Below are positions 18,407 to 27,754 of a DNA stretch of 64,000 bases, one piece after another. The notes beneath the pieces are model-generated. The model was not told where the DNA came from. It saw only the letters and a program-made list of their open reading frames with translations, and searched no databases. The position numbers and the translations under genes are program-made. Source of the DNA: an uncultured Actinomycetes bacterium (GTDB lineage: Bacteria > Actinomycetota > UBA4738 > HRBIN12); the NCBI GenBank assembly GCA_963723855.1, contig CAVRSI010000038.1, positions 4,282 to 68,281 on the forward strand, given 5' to 3'. Position 1 is the first letter of the stretch; each line of letters begins with the position of its first letter.

Positions 18407-18706
18407 ATGATCGTCGTACGGATCGAGCATCCCGTTGCGGACTACGAGGCCTGGAAGGGTGCGTTCGACGCCGATCCCGCCGATCGCCACGGATCCGGCG
18501 TCCGTCGGCACCGTATCTTCCGCGCCAAGGACGATCCGAACTCCGTCATGCTCGATCTCGAGTTCGACACCGAGTCCGAGGCCGAGGCCGTGCTCGCATC
18601 GCTTCGGGCGGTATGGGATCGGGTGCAGGGCACACTCATCCTTGACCCGCGCGCGCAGGTCATGGAAGTCGTGGAGACGCAGGAGTACGCGGGTTCGAGC
18701 CGTTGA
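18407..18706 (+). CDS. small alpha/beta-barrel-like hypothetical protein (99 aa)
   Basis: ATG follows GAGGAGG. It is divergent from tetR and is the likely regulated target. No firm family assignment. Confidence 0.5.
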   Translation: MIVVRIEHPVADYEAWKGAFDADPADRHGSGVRRHRIFRAKDDPNSVMLDLEFDTESEAEAVLASLRAVWDRVQGTLILDPRAQVMEVVETQEYAGSSR

Positions 18707-18713
18707 AGCCCGC

Positions 18714-19848
18714 TCAGCCTCCGAACCAGCGAGCTCGCCGGCTGGCAGCGAAGTCGGCCTTCTCCGCCGCCATCTCTACCGACGGCGCGACGAACGTGCC
18801 GGTCGGGTGGCCGGGGGTCGAGTAGAAGTCCACGTCGACGCGTCCGACCTCGTGATCGCCGAACTCGACGTAGCAGGTGCCGGTGCCGTCGTATCCCGGT
18901 GGCGCGCTCGCACCGCGGATCCGCGCGATCAGGTGGTCGGCCACCACGCTCGCCTGCCGCTCAGCGAACACGCCGGCCTTGGGCGTCCCCACGCTCGTGA
19001 CGTCCCCGACCGCGTAGACCCCGGGGAACCGGGTGGCCAACGTTCGCGGGTCGACCGGGATCCAGCCGTTCTCCGTCAGACCGGCGTCCTCGACGACGGC
19101 GGGCGCCCGGTGAACCGGGATGCCCAGGAACAGGTCGAACGGCAGGCGGCGGCCGTCGTCGAGGATCGCCTCGCTCGTGGCGGTGTCGAGCGAGGCCACT
19201 CGGCGATCGGGCACGAACACGATGTCGCGTTCGGCGAACGCCGCGAGGATCGCGTCGGACGTTGCCGGCGACGGAGGGATCGGCGTTCCGAACGGGATCA
19301 CGACCTGGATCGAGACGTCGTCGCGCGCGCCGGTCGCACGAGGAACTCGTCCAGCAGGAACGCCGCCTCGCTCGGCGCCGGCGGGCACTTGAACGGCGCT
19401 CCGCACACGCCGACGATCGCCGCGCCCACCACGAATGCGGGAGCAGTCCCGCGAACGACCTCGGCGCCCGCGACCGAGTAGAACTCGTTGCCGGCTTCGA
19501 CGAGCCCGGGGTCGCGTCGAAGTCGTAGTCGGCCCCCAGCGCGATGACCAGGACGTCGGCCTCGTAGCTGTCGAGATCCGTCACCACCTGCCGCCGGGCG
19601 GGATCGATCGCGGTGATCGTTTCCTGACGGAACCGGACGTGTGGCCTCGTGAGGTCGCGGTAGTGCAGCCGGACGGCCTCGGGCGTCCGCTTGCCGAACA
19701 TCACGTCGAGCTTCGAGAAACCGAACACGAACGAATCGGCCCGGTCGATCAGCGTGACGTCGACCTGATCGCCGAGCTCCTCCGACAGCCGGGTCGACAG
19801 TTCCAGCCCACCGAAGCCGGCTCCGAGGACGAGCACGGATGTCGACAT
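18714..19848 (-). pseudogene. NAD(P)/FAD-dependent oxidoreductase, sulfide:quinone-oxidoreductase-like, two frame breaks
   Basis: MSTSVLVLGAGFGGLELS...ALGADYDFDATPG is in ORF 18961..19935. LVEAGNEFYSV...GAPFKCPPAPSEAAFLLDEFL is in ORF 19298..20065. GARDDVSIQVVIPFG...VYAVGDV...ARWFGG is in ORF 18714..19406. Breaks lie near 19508 (CCCGGGG run) and near 19340. Confidence 0.75.
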
Positions 19849-19919
19849 CGCCCCAGGATAGTTCTGACTCACGAAGAGTCGTCGACGAGCGGGCTGACGC
19901 CACGCGTAGACTGCGCGCG

Positions 19920-20693
19920 ATGAGCGCCATCCCATCGGCCTCGGACGGGTTCCGTGCCATCTGTGATCCGATCTGGCGTGCGCTGCACGAGCACCCGTTC
20001 ATCACGGAGCTCGCGGCGGGAACGTTGCCGCTCGAGAAGTTCCGCTTCTTCCTCGAACAGGACAACTTCTACCTGGAGGAGTACGCGCGCTGTCTGGCGA
20101 TGGGCGCGGCGAAGTCGCGCACCGAGGCCGAGCTCCGCTACTTCACGACCGATCTGAACCAGGTCCTGGACGCGGAGCTTCCGAGCAACCGGGCGTTGCT
20201 CGAACGGGTGATCGAGATGGGAGCGGCGGACCGCGGAGGCTCGCTCGCGATGGCCCCGGCCAACGTCGCGTACACGAGCTACATGCACTCGCTCGCGCTG
20301 CGCGGCGGTCCGCTCGAGATCATGGCGTCGCTCCTCCCCTGCGCGTGGAGCTACGTCGAGATCGCTGCCGATCTGCGGGAACGCACCGATCTCGAACACC
20401 CCGCCTACGGCGGATGGATCGCCTACTTCAGCCTTCCGTCGAACGTCGAGATGGTCGATGCGATGCGTCGGGACTTCGACGCGCTCGTCGCCGAGGAGGT
20501 CACCACCGACGCCCGGCGCGACGACATCGGCCGGATCTTCGCCACGAGCTCCCGGCTCGAGCGGTCGTTCTGGGACATGGCGTACACGCTCGAGCGGTGG
20601 CCCGACCTCTCGCCGAACCGTAGCCGCCACGGCTGCCTTGACCGCGTCGCGTCCACCGATGTACGGTCGCGCCCTTCGCGATGTGATGCCTGA
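19920..20693 (+). CDS. tenA: TenA-family aminopyrimidine aminohydrolase (thiaminase II)
   Basis: Inner ATG at 19920. HPFITELAAGTLPLEKFRFFLEQDNFYLEEYAR is TenA-like, the catalytic-Cys motif LLPCAWSYVEI is present, and the tail has SFWDMAY. The last ~30 codons look non-conserved. Confidence 0.8.
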   Translation: MSAIPSASDGFRAICDPIWRALHEHPFITELAAGTLPLEKFRFFLEQDNFYLEEYARCLAMGAAKSRTEAELRYFTTDLNQVLDAELPSNRALLERVIEMGAADRGGSLAMAPANVAYTSYMHSLALRGGPLEIMASLLPCAWSYVEIAADLRERTDLEHPAYGGWIAYFSLPSNVEMVDAMRRDFDALVAEEVTTDARRDDIGRIFATSSRLERSFWDMAYTLERWPDLSPNRSRHGCLDRVASTDVRSRPSRCDA

Positions 20694-20720
20694 GATATCA
20701 GATACCAAGCAGGGGGGTCC

Positions 20721-21529
20721 GTGGGAGGTCGCGCACCGATCGACACGAGCCCGACGCCCGCCCCCAACCCCGACAACCAGGACATCGGGATCGCGTTCAC
20801 GCGGGTCCGCAAGGCGTTCGGCGAGGTGCTCGCGCTCGAGGACGTGACGTTCGAGATCGAGCGACACGCCCGGATCGGGATCGTCGGCCCGAGCGGCGGC
20901 GGGAAATCGACCCTGCTCCAGCTGACGGCCGGGTTGCTCGAGCCCGACGGCGGCGTCATCAACGTCGAGGGCGAGACCGAGCGCGACCGGCCGGCTCGCG
21001 CGCTGCGCGATGATGCCCCAACGCGACCTGCTGCTGCCGTGGCGGACCGCGTTGGACAACGCGATGATCGCGCTGCAGAACCGCGGCGTCGTCGCGGAAC
21101 GAGGCGCGCGCGAAGACGCGCCCGTACTTCGAGCACTTCGGTCTGGCGGAGTTCGAGGACGTGCTTCCGGCCAAGCTCTCCGGCGGCATGCGGCAGCGGG
21201 TCAGCTTCCTGCGGACGCTCATGGCCGAGAAGGACGTCCTGCTGCTCGACGAGCCGTTCGGCGCGCTGGACTCGATCACGCGCGCGCAGATGCAGGAGTG
21301 GCTGTTGCGCGCGCTGAGCGACGTCCCGCGCACGGTGCTGCTCGTCACGCACGACGTGGAGGAGGCGCTCGTGCTCAGCCGCACCGTCGTCGTGATGTCG
21401 GCGCGGCCGGGGCGCGTGGTGAAGGTGATCGACTCGGACCTGCAGACGGCCGGCCGCTCCCGGCGCGAGATCGTGACGAGCCCGGACTTCGTGTCGCTCA
21501 AGGAAGCGGCGCTCGAGGCGCTCGAATGA
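20721..21529 (+). pseudogene. ABC transporter ATP-binding protein (NitT/TauT family, ThiZ-like), two frame breaks
   Basis: Walker A is GPSGGGKST. After ...GETERDRPARA the text continues in a second frame (MPQRDLLLPWRTALDNAMIAL), with a break near 21000. It then moves to a third frame (PYFEHFGLAEFEDVLPAKLSGGMRQRVSF...LLLDEPFGALD), with a break near 21120. Confidence 0.75.
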
Positions 21530-22374
21530 ACACCGAGGCTCCTCCCCAGCCGTCGGCGGACGCCGCGACGATCCCCGACCGCGCTCCCGCGCGCAAGCGC
21601 TCCGGGTGGGCTCGGTTCTGGCGGGCGTACGGCCTCGCGGTCCTCTTCTCCCTGATCATGCTCGGGATCTGGGAGTTCGCCATCTGGGTGTTCCACGTCC
21701 CGAAGTACCTGTTGCCGTCGCCGTCCCAGATCGCCATCTCGCTCAAGAACGATTGGGGGCCGTACCTGGCTCCCGCCACGTGGGTGACGCTCCGCGAGGT
21801 GCTGATCGGGTTCCTGATCGCCGCGGTCGCCGGCGTGGGGCTGGCGATCGTGCTGCACATGTTCACCCCGCTCCGGCGGGCCGTGTACCCGCTGCTGATC
21901 GGGTCGCAGACGATCCCCATCGTCGTGCTGGCCCCGATCCTGGTGATCCTCTTCGGCTACGGGATCCTGCCCAAGCTCGTGATCGTCGCGCTGATCTGCT
22001 TCTTCCCCATCGTCGTGAACGGCCTCGACGGGCTCCGCCAGGTGGACGACGACTTCCTCCGGATGATGAAGACGCTCGACGCGAACCGCTGGGCGATCTT
22101 CCGACGGGTCGAGTTCCCCGGCGCGCTCCCGTCGATCTTCTCGGGCATGCGGATCGCGGCCACGTTCGCGGCGATCGGCGCCATCTTCGGCGAGTGGGCG
22201 GGTGCGAGCGCGGGCCTCGGATACGTGATCCTGCAGGCCACGCCGAACCTCCAGACCGCGCGGATCTTCGCCGCGATCTTGATCCTGACGCTGATCGCGA
22301 TGGCGCTGTTCGGACTGGTGTCGCTCCTGGAGCGGATCTTCGTTCCGTGGGCGCCGAAGGGGGCAGGGATGTAG
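21526..22374 (+). CDS. ABC transporter permease (NitT/TauT family, ThiX-like)
   Basis: ATGA overlap with the ATPase gene. The product is a multi-TM protein with an EAA-like loop (MKTLDANRWAIFRRVEFPGALPSIFSGMRIA). Confidence 0.85.
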   Translation: MNTEAPPQPSADAATIPDRAPARKRSGWARFWRAYGLAVLFSLIMLGIWEFAIWVFHVPKYLLPSPSQIAISLKNDWGPYLAPATWVTLREVLIGFLIAAVAGVGLAIVLHMFTPLRRAVYPLLIGSQTIPIVVLAPILVILFGYGILPKLVIVALICFFPIVVNGLDGLRQVDDDFLRMMKTLDANRWAIFRRVEFPGALPSIFSGMRIAATFAAIGAIFGEWAGASAGLGYVILQATPNLQTARIFAAILILTLIAMALFGLVSLLERIFVPWAPKGAGM

Positions 22375-22453
22375 GGGCCATGTGGCGTCGGAGCTGGGGA
22401 GGGACGGCCGCGTGGACAGCCCCGCGAGCCGGAGCGAGAAAGGACGGGAGCAG

Positions 22454-23532
22454 ATGGGTCGAGAATCGCAAGACGGTTCTCCGCCGTCGCCGCGCTGGCG
22501 TTCGTCGCCATCGTCGCCGCGGCGTGCAGCAACTCGTCGGACAACAGCGGGAACTCGTCGCCGTCGGCCTCGACGGCGACGACGGGCGCGACGGGCAGCG
22601 CCGCCCCGGCGCCCGCGTCGCTCACCGTGGAGCTCGACTGGGTGCCGAACCCGGACCACGTGGGCCTGTACTACGCCCAGGACAAGGGGTACTTCAGCGA
22701 CGCGGGCCTGACGATCGACCTGCGGTCTCCGTCCAACGCCGCCGACCCGATCAAGCTCGTCGGCCTCAACAAGGTGGACCTGTCGATCACGTACCAACCC
22801 GAGATGTTCTACGGCCAGCAGAACGATCTGCCGGTCATGGCGGTCGCCACCGTGGTCCCGGTGCCGCTGAACTCGATGATCGTCAGCCCCAGCCAGACGG
22901 TGACGTCGCTCGACCAGATCAGCGGCAAGTCCGTGGGCGTGACGGGTATCCCGAGCGACGACGCGTTCTACACGACGATGCTGAAGACGGCCGGCCTCAC
23001 CGCCGGCGACGTCACGAAGGTCAACGTCGGCTTCAACCTGGTGCCCTCGATCCTGTCCGACAAGGTCGACGCGATCATCGGCGGCTACCGCAACGTCGAA
23101 GCGATCCAGATCGAGCAGGAGACCGGGAAGAAGCCGACCGTCTTCCCGGCGGACCAGTTGGGCGTGCCGAGCTACGCCGAGCTCGTGGTGGCCGCGAACT
23201 CGGACCGGCTGCAGTCCGACGCCGCGTACGCGGACGCCGTGACCCGGTTCGTCGCGGCGCTCGTCAAGGGGACCGACGGCGCCATCGCCGACCCCACCGG
23301 CGCGACGGAGATCATGAAGAAGGCAACCCAGTACGACCCGAAGTTCCTGGACGAGAGCGTGCCGTACACGCTGACCCTGCTGACGCCGGCCTCCGGCACG
23401 AAGACGGGCTGCATCGACGTCGCGAACTGGCAGAGCTACGGCGACTGGATGCAGACGAACCAGCTCATCACCGGCACGCCCGACGCGAGCGCGATCGCGA
23501 CCGATCAGTACATGCCGTACAGCTGCACGTGA
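22454..23532 (+). CDS. ABC substrate-binding lipoprotein, NMT1/THI5-like (ThiY-like)
   Basis: The mature part reads ELDWVPNPDHVGLYYAQDKGYFSDAGL (NMT1/THI5 type). The same frame is open upstream and encodes a lipoprotein signal (SRIARRFSAVAALAFVAIVAAAC) but has no start codon. The only ATG with an SD (22454) is one nucleotide out of phase, so a 1-nt indel right after the start is suspected. Confidence 0.7.
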
Positions 23533-23563
23533 GCGGAGCCGGAGGGACCGAAGGGGAGCCGAG

Positions 23564-24779
23564 GTGGATGTAGGGACCGGATCGACGTTCGTCGCGGAGA
23601 GCGTGCTGCGCGCGCTCGACCTCGGGCGGGCGGTGGACCTCGTGCAGGAGGTCTGCCGCATCCCGAGCGTCCTCGGCGAGGAGGGCGACCTGGCTGCGTT
23701 CCTCGCGTCGGTGATGCGCGAGTCCGCGTTCGACGACGTGGAGCTGCAACCGGTGGTGGAGGACCGCCCCAACGCCGTCGGGCACGTCTCGCTCGGAGAC
23801 GGCCCGACGGTGGTCCTCACCGGCCACATGGACACGAAGCCGGTGTCCCACGGGTGGAGCGTGACCGAGCCGTTCTCGGGAGCGCTGATCGACGGGGCGG
23901 TGTACGGCCACGGCGTGATGGACATGAAGGCGGCGCTCGCCTGTCAGATCGTCGCGATCGAAGCCGTTCGCGCGTCGGGCCTGCCGGCTCACGGCCGGCT
24001 GGCCATGGCGGCCGTCTCCGACCACATGGGCGATCAGCTGGGATCGATCGCGTACTTCGACACGCATCCGGCCGACCTCTGCGTGCTCGGCGAGCTCACC
24101 GACAACCAGGTGTGCCTGGGGCATCGCGGTCGGTACTACTTCGACGTCACGACCCGCGGTCGCTCGGCGCACACGTGCCACAAGCCGCAGGCGATCAACG
24201 CGAACGTGCTGGCGGCGCAGGCGGTCCTGGCGCTGGACGCGTCGAAGTACGAGCCCGATCTGGAGCCGTGGGTCGTGGACCTGTTCGGTGCGGAGACCTA
24301 CGTGGTGCCGGGCCGCATCTACGGCGGTCTCGCACCCGGCGGCCCCTCGATGATCCCGGACGAGTGCGTGATCCGCGTGGACTGCCGGCCGCAGCCTGGC
24401 GTGACGATCGAGGAGGTCCGCGCGGAGATCGATCGCTGCCTGGCGGTCGCGGCGGAGGCCGACCCCCGCTTCGAGGCCGACGTCGAGCTCGCCGACGTGA
24501 AGTCGGGCTACCTGGCCGATCCGGGCGACGAGGTCGTCCGGCTCATGCGGGATGCCGTTCGCGAGGTGCGCGGGGGCGAGGAACCGCCGCTCGTCGTCGA
24601 GAACTGGCTCGGCGACACGGCGAGCTTCGGCATCGAAGGTGCCGACGGTGATCTTCGGGCCCGGCGGACCTCCCGTGTACTGCCCCGACGAGCACCTCAC
24701 CGTCGCGGACATCGAAGAAGCGACGAAGGTCTACGCGGTGTTCGCCGCGCTCGCGCTGACGTCCGGGGAAGGGGCATGA
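23564..24779 (+). pseudogene. M20 family metallohydrolase (ArgE/DapE/YlmB-like), one frame break near the C-terminus
   Basis: The text GPTVVLTGHMDTKPV, GHGVMDMKAALA and LGHRGRYYFDVTTRGRSAH is M20-like. After ...GDTASFGI the conserved ending VPTVIFGPGGPPVYCPDEHLTVADIEEATKVYAVFAALAL continues in ORF 24552..24779, with a break near 24635. Confidence 0.7.
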
Positions 24780-24785
24780 AGCCGG

Positions 24786-25749
24786 ATGCAGGGTGAGGTC
24801 GGGTTCGCCAACGTGCTCGACCGCTGTCTGGCCGTGCGTGAGGGCGAACAGGTCGTCCTGCTGACCGACGAGGGGACCGACCCCGCCGTGGTCGCAGGGT
24901 TGGTCGCGGGGATCGAGCATCGTCGAGGCGTGCCCGTGGTCTCGACGATGCCGGTCCCCGCGCTTCCCGGTGCGGAGCCGCCGAACGATGTGGCGGCTCA
25001 GATGCGCGGAGCCGGCGCGGTGATCGAGCTCACGAGCCTGTTCATCGGGTCGAGCGCCGCCCGCAGGGAGGCGACGGCGATCGGCGTCCGGTACCTCGCG
25101 ATGCCGGGCGTCCGGCTCGAGACGTTCCGCGACGACGGTCCGCTCGCGGTGGACTTCGACCGGATCCGTGGCGACGCCGAGCGCATCGGCGACGCGTGGG
25201 GCTGCGGCGTCGAGGTTCCGACTGACCACACCGGCCGGCACCGACCTGCGTGGATCGGTCGAGGGCCGGCCGGGACGCGTGCTCCACGGTCTCGCGCGCG
25301 AGGACGGCGCGTACATGGCCCCGCCCGACATCGAGGCGGGCACGGCGCCGGTCGAGTCCTCGAGCTCCGGGGTCGTGGTGGTCGACGCCGACCTGCTGTT
25401 CATGGGCGAAGGGCCGCTGCCGTCGCCGGTCGTGCTCCACATCGCCGACGGCGCGATGGTCGGCGTGGAGGGCGACGAAGCGGGCCGGCTGGAAGAGATG
25501 CTCGCCCGGTGCGACGACGACCGGATGTCGAACCTGGCCGAGGTCTCGATGGCGTTCAACCCGTCGGGACGCGTGTGCGGCGTGGCGATGGAGACCGAAT
25601 CGGCGCTCGGCACCGCGCACATCGCGCTCGGCAACTCGATCGCGTACGGCGGCACCGTCGACGCGATCGCGCACCTGGACTGCGTGATGAAGGACGCGAC
25701 GCTCGAGCTGGACGGGCGTCCGGTCATGGTCGCCGGGGTGCTGGTGTGA
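24786..25749 (+). pseudogene. M29 aminopeptidase-T / NicX-like fold protein, one frame break
   Basis: The N-terminal half is in ORF 24786.. (VLLTDEGTDPAVVAGLV...IELTSLFIGSSAARREA). The C-terminal half is in ORF 25168..25749 (RLTTPAGTDLRGSVEGRPG...GTAHIALGNSIAYGGTVDAIAHLDCVM). The break falls in the GGGG run near 25198. Confidence 0.6.
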
Positions 25750-26153
25750 GCCCGGCGCGCGTGCTGCTGGCGAAGCCCGGTCTCGACGGGCACGACCGTG
25801 GGATCAAGGTCATCGCGATGGCGCTGCGCGACGCCGGCGCCGAGGTCATCTACCTCGGCATCCGCCGGAGCGTCGACGAGATCCTGCAGGCGGCGATCGA
25901 CGACGACGTCGACGCGATCGGGATCTCGATGCTGTCCGGCGCCCACCTCCCGTTGGTCCGCGAGCTCATCACACGTCGCGCCGAGCTCGGCCTGGACACA
26001 CCGGTCGTCCTCGGCGGCACCATCCCCGCCGCCGACGTGGCGACCCTCCTCGAGATCGGCGTGGCGGCGGTCTATCCGGCCGGCACGGATCTTCGCGACG
26101 TCGTGAACGGGATCCTCGCCGCAGCCGGGTCCCGGGAGCGGGTCGGATCGTGA
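25746..26153 (+). CDS. cobalamin-binding small subunit of a split acyl-CoA mutase
   Basis: GTG at 25746 overlaps the previous stop (GTGA). LLAKPGLDGHDRGIKVIAMALRDAGAEVIYLG contains the B12 DxHxxG motif. Confidence 0.85.
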   Translation: MSPARVLLAKPGLDGHDRGIKVIAMALRDAGAEVIYLGIRRSVDEILQAAIDDDVDAIGISMLSGAHLPLVRELITRRAELGLDTPVVLGGTIPAADVATLLEIGVAAVYPAGTDLRDVVNGILAAAGSRERVGS

Positions 26154-27754
26154 GCGGCCCCACGTCCGCGAGGTCACCACCGATGCCGGCATCCCGGTGC
26201 GCGAGACGTACACGGCCGCCGACGTCGCCGAGCGGGCTCGCCGATCGCCTCGGCGCGCCGGGGGAACCGCCGTTCACGCGCGGACCCTACCCGTCGATGT
26301 ACCGCGGGCAGCTGTGGACGATGCGGCAGTTCGCGGGGTTCGGATCGCCCGAGGAGGCGAACGAGCGATTCCGGTTCCTGCTCGACCGCGGCCAGACGGC
26401 GCTCTCCGTCGCCTTCGACCTGCCGACGCAGCTCGGCTACGACTCGGGTCACCCGACCGCCCTGGCCGAGGTCGGGCGGGTCGGCGTCGCGATCGACACG
26501 GCCGACGACATGGCGGACCTGTTCGCCGGGCTGCCGCTCGACGAGGTCTCCGTCAACTTCACGATCAACGCGACCGCCCCGATCATCCTGGCGATGTACC
26601 TGGTGGCGGCCGAGCGGCAGGGGGTGGCGCCCGAGCGCCTCGCCGGCACGCTGCAGAACGACATCCTGAAGGAGTTCCTCGCCCGCAAGACGTACGTCTT
26701 CCCGCCCGAGCCCTCGATGCGGCTGTCGTGCGACGTGATCGAGTTCGCGTCGCAGAACCTCCCACGGTTCAACCCGATCTCGATCACCGGCTACCACGCG
26801 CGCGAGGCCGGATGCGACGCGATCCAGGAGCTCGCGCTCACGTTGGCGTCCGCGATCGCGTACTCGGAGGCGCTGATCGCGCGCGGGCTCGCGTTCGACA
26901 CGTTCGCCCCACGGCTCTCCTTCCACTTCGCCACCACCATGGATCTGTTCGAGGAGGTGGCGAAGCTCCGCGCCGCACGGCGCATGTGGTACCGGATCGC
27001 GACCGAGCGCTTCGGCGCGAAGGACGCGAACTCCGGCCGGCTCCGGTTCTTCTCCGGGAACTCCGGCACCACGCTCACGGCGCAGCAACCGCTGAACAAC
27101 CTCATCCGGTCCACCGTGCAATGCCTGGGCGCGGTGCTCGGCGGCGCGCAGTCGATCCACGTCATGGGCTACGACGAGGCGTTCCAGATCCCGTCGGAGG
27201 AGGCCGTGACGCTGTCGCTGCGCACCCAGCAGATCGTCGCGCTCGAGTCCGGCGTCCCGCGCACCGCCGACCCGCTCGCCGGCTCGTACTTCGTCGAGCA
27301 CCTCACCGACGAGCTCGAGGCGCGGGCGAACGACGTGCTCGACGAGATCGACGCGCTCGGCGGCGCGGTCGCCGCGATCGAGCGCGGCGTCCCGCAGCGA
27401 TGGATCGCCGAGTCCGCCTATCGGATCGAACGGGCCGTCGGCGACGGCACGCGGCCGCGCGTCGGGGTGAACGTGCACGCCGATCCCGACGAGGCTCCGG
27501 TCGAGCTTCCCGAGGCGTTCGTCCTCGACCCCGGCGTCGTCGAGCGGCAGGTCGCGCGCACCGCGGCCCGGGTCCGTGCGCGCGACGGTGCCGCGTGCTC
27601 CGACGCGATCGCGGCCGTCGACGCGGCGGCGCGCGAAGGGCGAAACGTCATGCCCGTGCTCGTGGACGCCGCGCGCGTGGGTGCGACGCTCGGCGAGCTG
27701 TCGGACGCGTTCCGCGGCGTGTTCGGCGAGTTCCGGGAGCCGGACCCGTGGTAG
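26150..27754 (+). CDS. methylmalonyl-CoA-mutase-family large (catalytic, TIM-barrel) subunit
   Basis: GTGA overlap with the small subunit. The text FTRGPYPSMYRGQLWTMRQFAGFG, LSVAFDLPTQLGYDS, GTLQNDILKEFLARKTYVFPP and ISITGYHAREAG is mutase-like. Codons ~4-28 read better in another frame (HVREVTTDAGIPVRETYTAADVAE), so two compensating breaks near 26160 and 26233 are possible. Confidence 0.85.
   Translation: MSGPTSARSPPMPASRCARRTRPPTSPSGLADRLGAPGEPPFTRGPYPSMYRGQLWTMRQFAGFGSPEEANERFRFLLDRGQTALSVAFDLPTQLGYDSGHPTALAEVGRVGVAIDTADDMADLFAGLPLDEVSVNFTINATAPIILAMYLVAAERQGVAPERLAGTLQNDILKEFLARKTYVFPPEPSMRLSCDVIEFASQNLPRFNPISITGYHAREAGCDAIQELALTLASAIAYSEALIARGLAFDTFAPRLSFHFATTMDLFEEVAKLRAARRMWYRIATERFGAKDANSGRLRFFSGNSGTTLTAQQPLNNLIRSTVQCLGAVLGGAQSIHVMGYDEAFQIPSEEAVTLSLRTQQIVALESGVPRTADPLAGSYFVEHLTDELEARANDVLDEIDALGGAVAAIERGVPQRWIAESAYRIERAVGDGTRPRVGVNVHADPDEAPVELPEAFVLDPGVVERQVARTAARVRARDGAACSDAIAAVDAAAREGRNVMPVLVDAARVGATLGELSDAFRGVFGEFREPDPW

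Noticed and set aside
20590-20720. Possible TPP (THI-box) riboswitch between tenA and the ABC genes, prompted by CTGAGA at 20690-20695.
   Set aside because: The CTGAGA includes the tenA stop codon. The other conserved THI-box elements (the ACCTGATCYGG-type pyrimidine-sensor helix and the closing GGGA) are not visible nearby. The 19849-19919 leader is also too short and lacks them. A covariance-model scan would be needed to overturn this.
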